Source: Eledone cirrhosa (taxonomy: Eukaryota). Taken from it: a DNA stretch of 64,000 nucleotides. Position 1 is the first letter of the stretch. Each line of letters starts with the position of its first letter. The DNA lies in the NCBI GenBank assembly GCA_964016885.1, contig OZ024740.1, positions 260,090,001 through 260,154,000 of the forward strand. The letters are read 5' to 3'. Positions 63,394 through 64,000 of the stretch are shown here, piece by piece. Position numbers and translations under genes: made by a program. The notes below the pieces were generated by a model. It searched no databases and had not been told where the DNA came from. It saw only the letters and a list, made by a program, of their open reading frames with translations.

Positions 63394-63481
63394 ACGGGCT
63401 CGATAAAATAAAGTACCAGTAATGTACTGGGTAATTGCTGGCCTTGTGCCAAAAGTAGAAACAATTATTATTATTATTATA
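63394..63481 (+). mobile_element. SINE 3' half
   Basis: TCGATAAAATAAAGTACCAGTAATGTACTGGG...(ATT)n. Confidence 0.85.
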
Positions 63482-64000
63482 GTCTGACTTAACTCACCTT
63501 ACTTCACTGGAATTAATACACGTAAGAACTGAAAATTAAACCATTAACCCTTTTTAACCAGATCACCTAAAACCACCACTGCTTCTACTGCACAGAGTTG
63601 GCTATTTTAAAGCATTTATCATTATCCTCATCATTTAATGTCCATTTTTGTTGCTAGCAAAGGTAGGACCTCTTTGGTCAGGAGTTCAGTCTTTCTTACA
63701 TTCATTTCTGAATTTTACAGAGTGTACTCGGTGCATTTTATCATGGCACCAACACTAAAGAGGTTGTCATGTCTTTAACATAGCTGAAGAGACCTCTTAA
63801 TTCTTTGTTTGACAAGTTTTCTAAGGCTAGAAGTGGTATTTACAGCTGTTTATATATATATTTACATAAACACTTTCCACCATAATTTCATGTAAGAAAG
63901 AGCCTTTGTTACAATATTTCTAAACAACAGCTTAATCATGAGAAAGTTAGCTATATATATATATATATCTATGCGAGCAAGACAATCACTCTTGCCTCAA

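Overview
Animal intergenic or intronic DNA, most likely octopus/cephalopod (inferred from the SINE families and extreme (TA)n content). I found no host protein-coding exon. The window is a mosaic of decayed mobile elements set in very long, interrupted (TA)n arrays; the long Tyr/Ile ORFs in the track are artefacts of those arrays. Elements present: several RTE-clade LINE families, CR1-type LINE pieces, a CRE-type (restriction-like endonuclease) fragment, at least two lineages of Penelope-like elements (PLEs), tRNA-derived SINEs, an internally deleted hAT, a DD37D (maT) Tc1/mariner, two non-autonomous Helitrons and a Merlin-like MITE. Highlights found by hand: (1) about 12 type-I hammerhead ribozyme motifs in PLE termini and short non-coding units, including a U3-A8 compensatory core variant in two copies and a U4A variant in two copies; (2) a 595-bp non-coding hammerhead-bearing unit inserted as about 1.4 tandem copies (retrozyme-like); (3) a C4HC3 PHD finger inserted inside the RT domain of the dominant RTE family; (4) a covarying H-type pseudoknot plus hairpin module shared by RTE 3' UTRs and SINEs. 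All folds and alignments were done by eye. Boundaries are approximate unless TIRs/TSDs are quoted.
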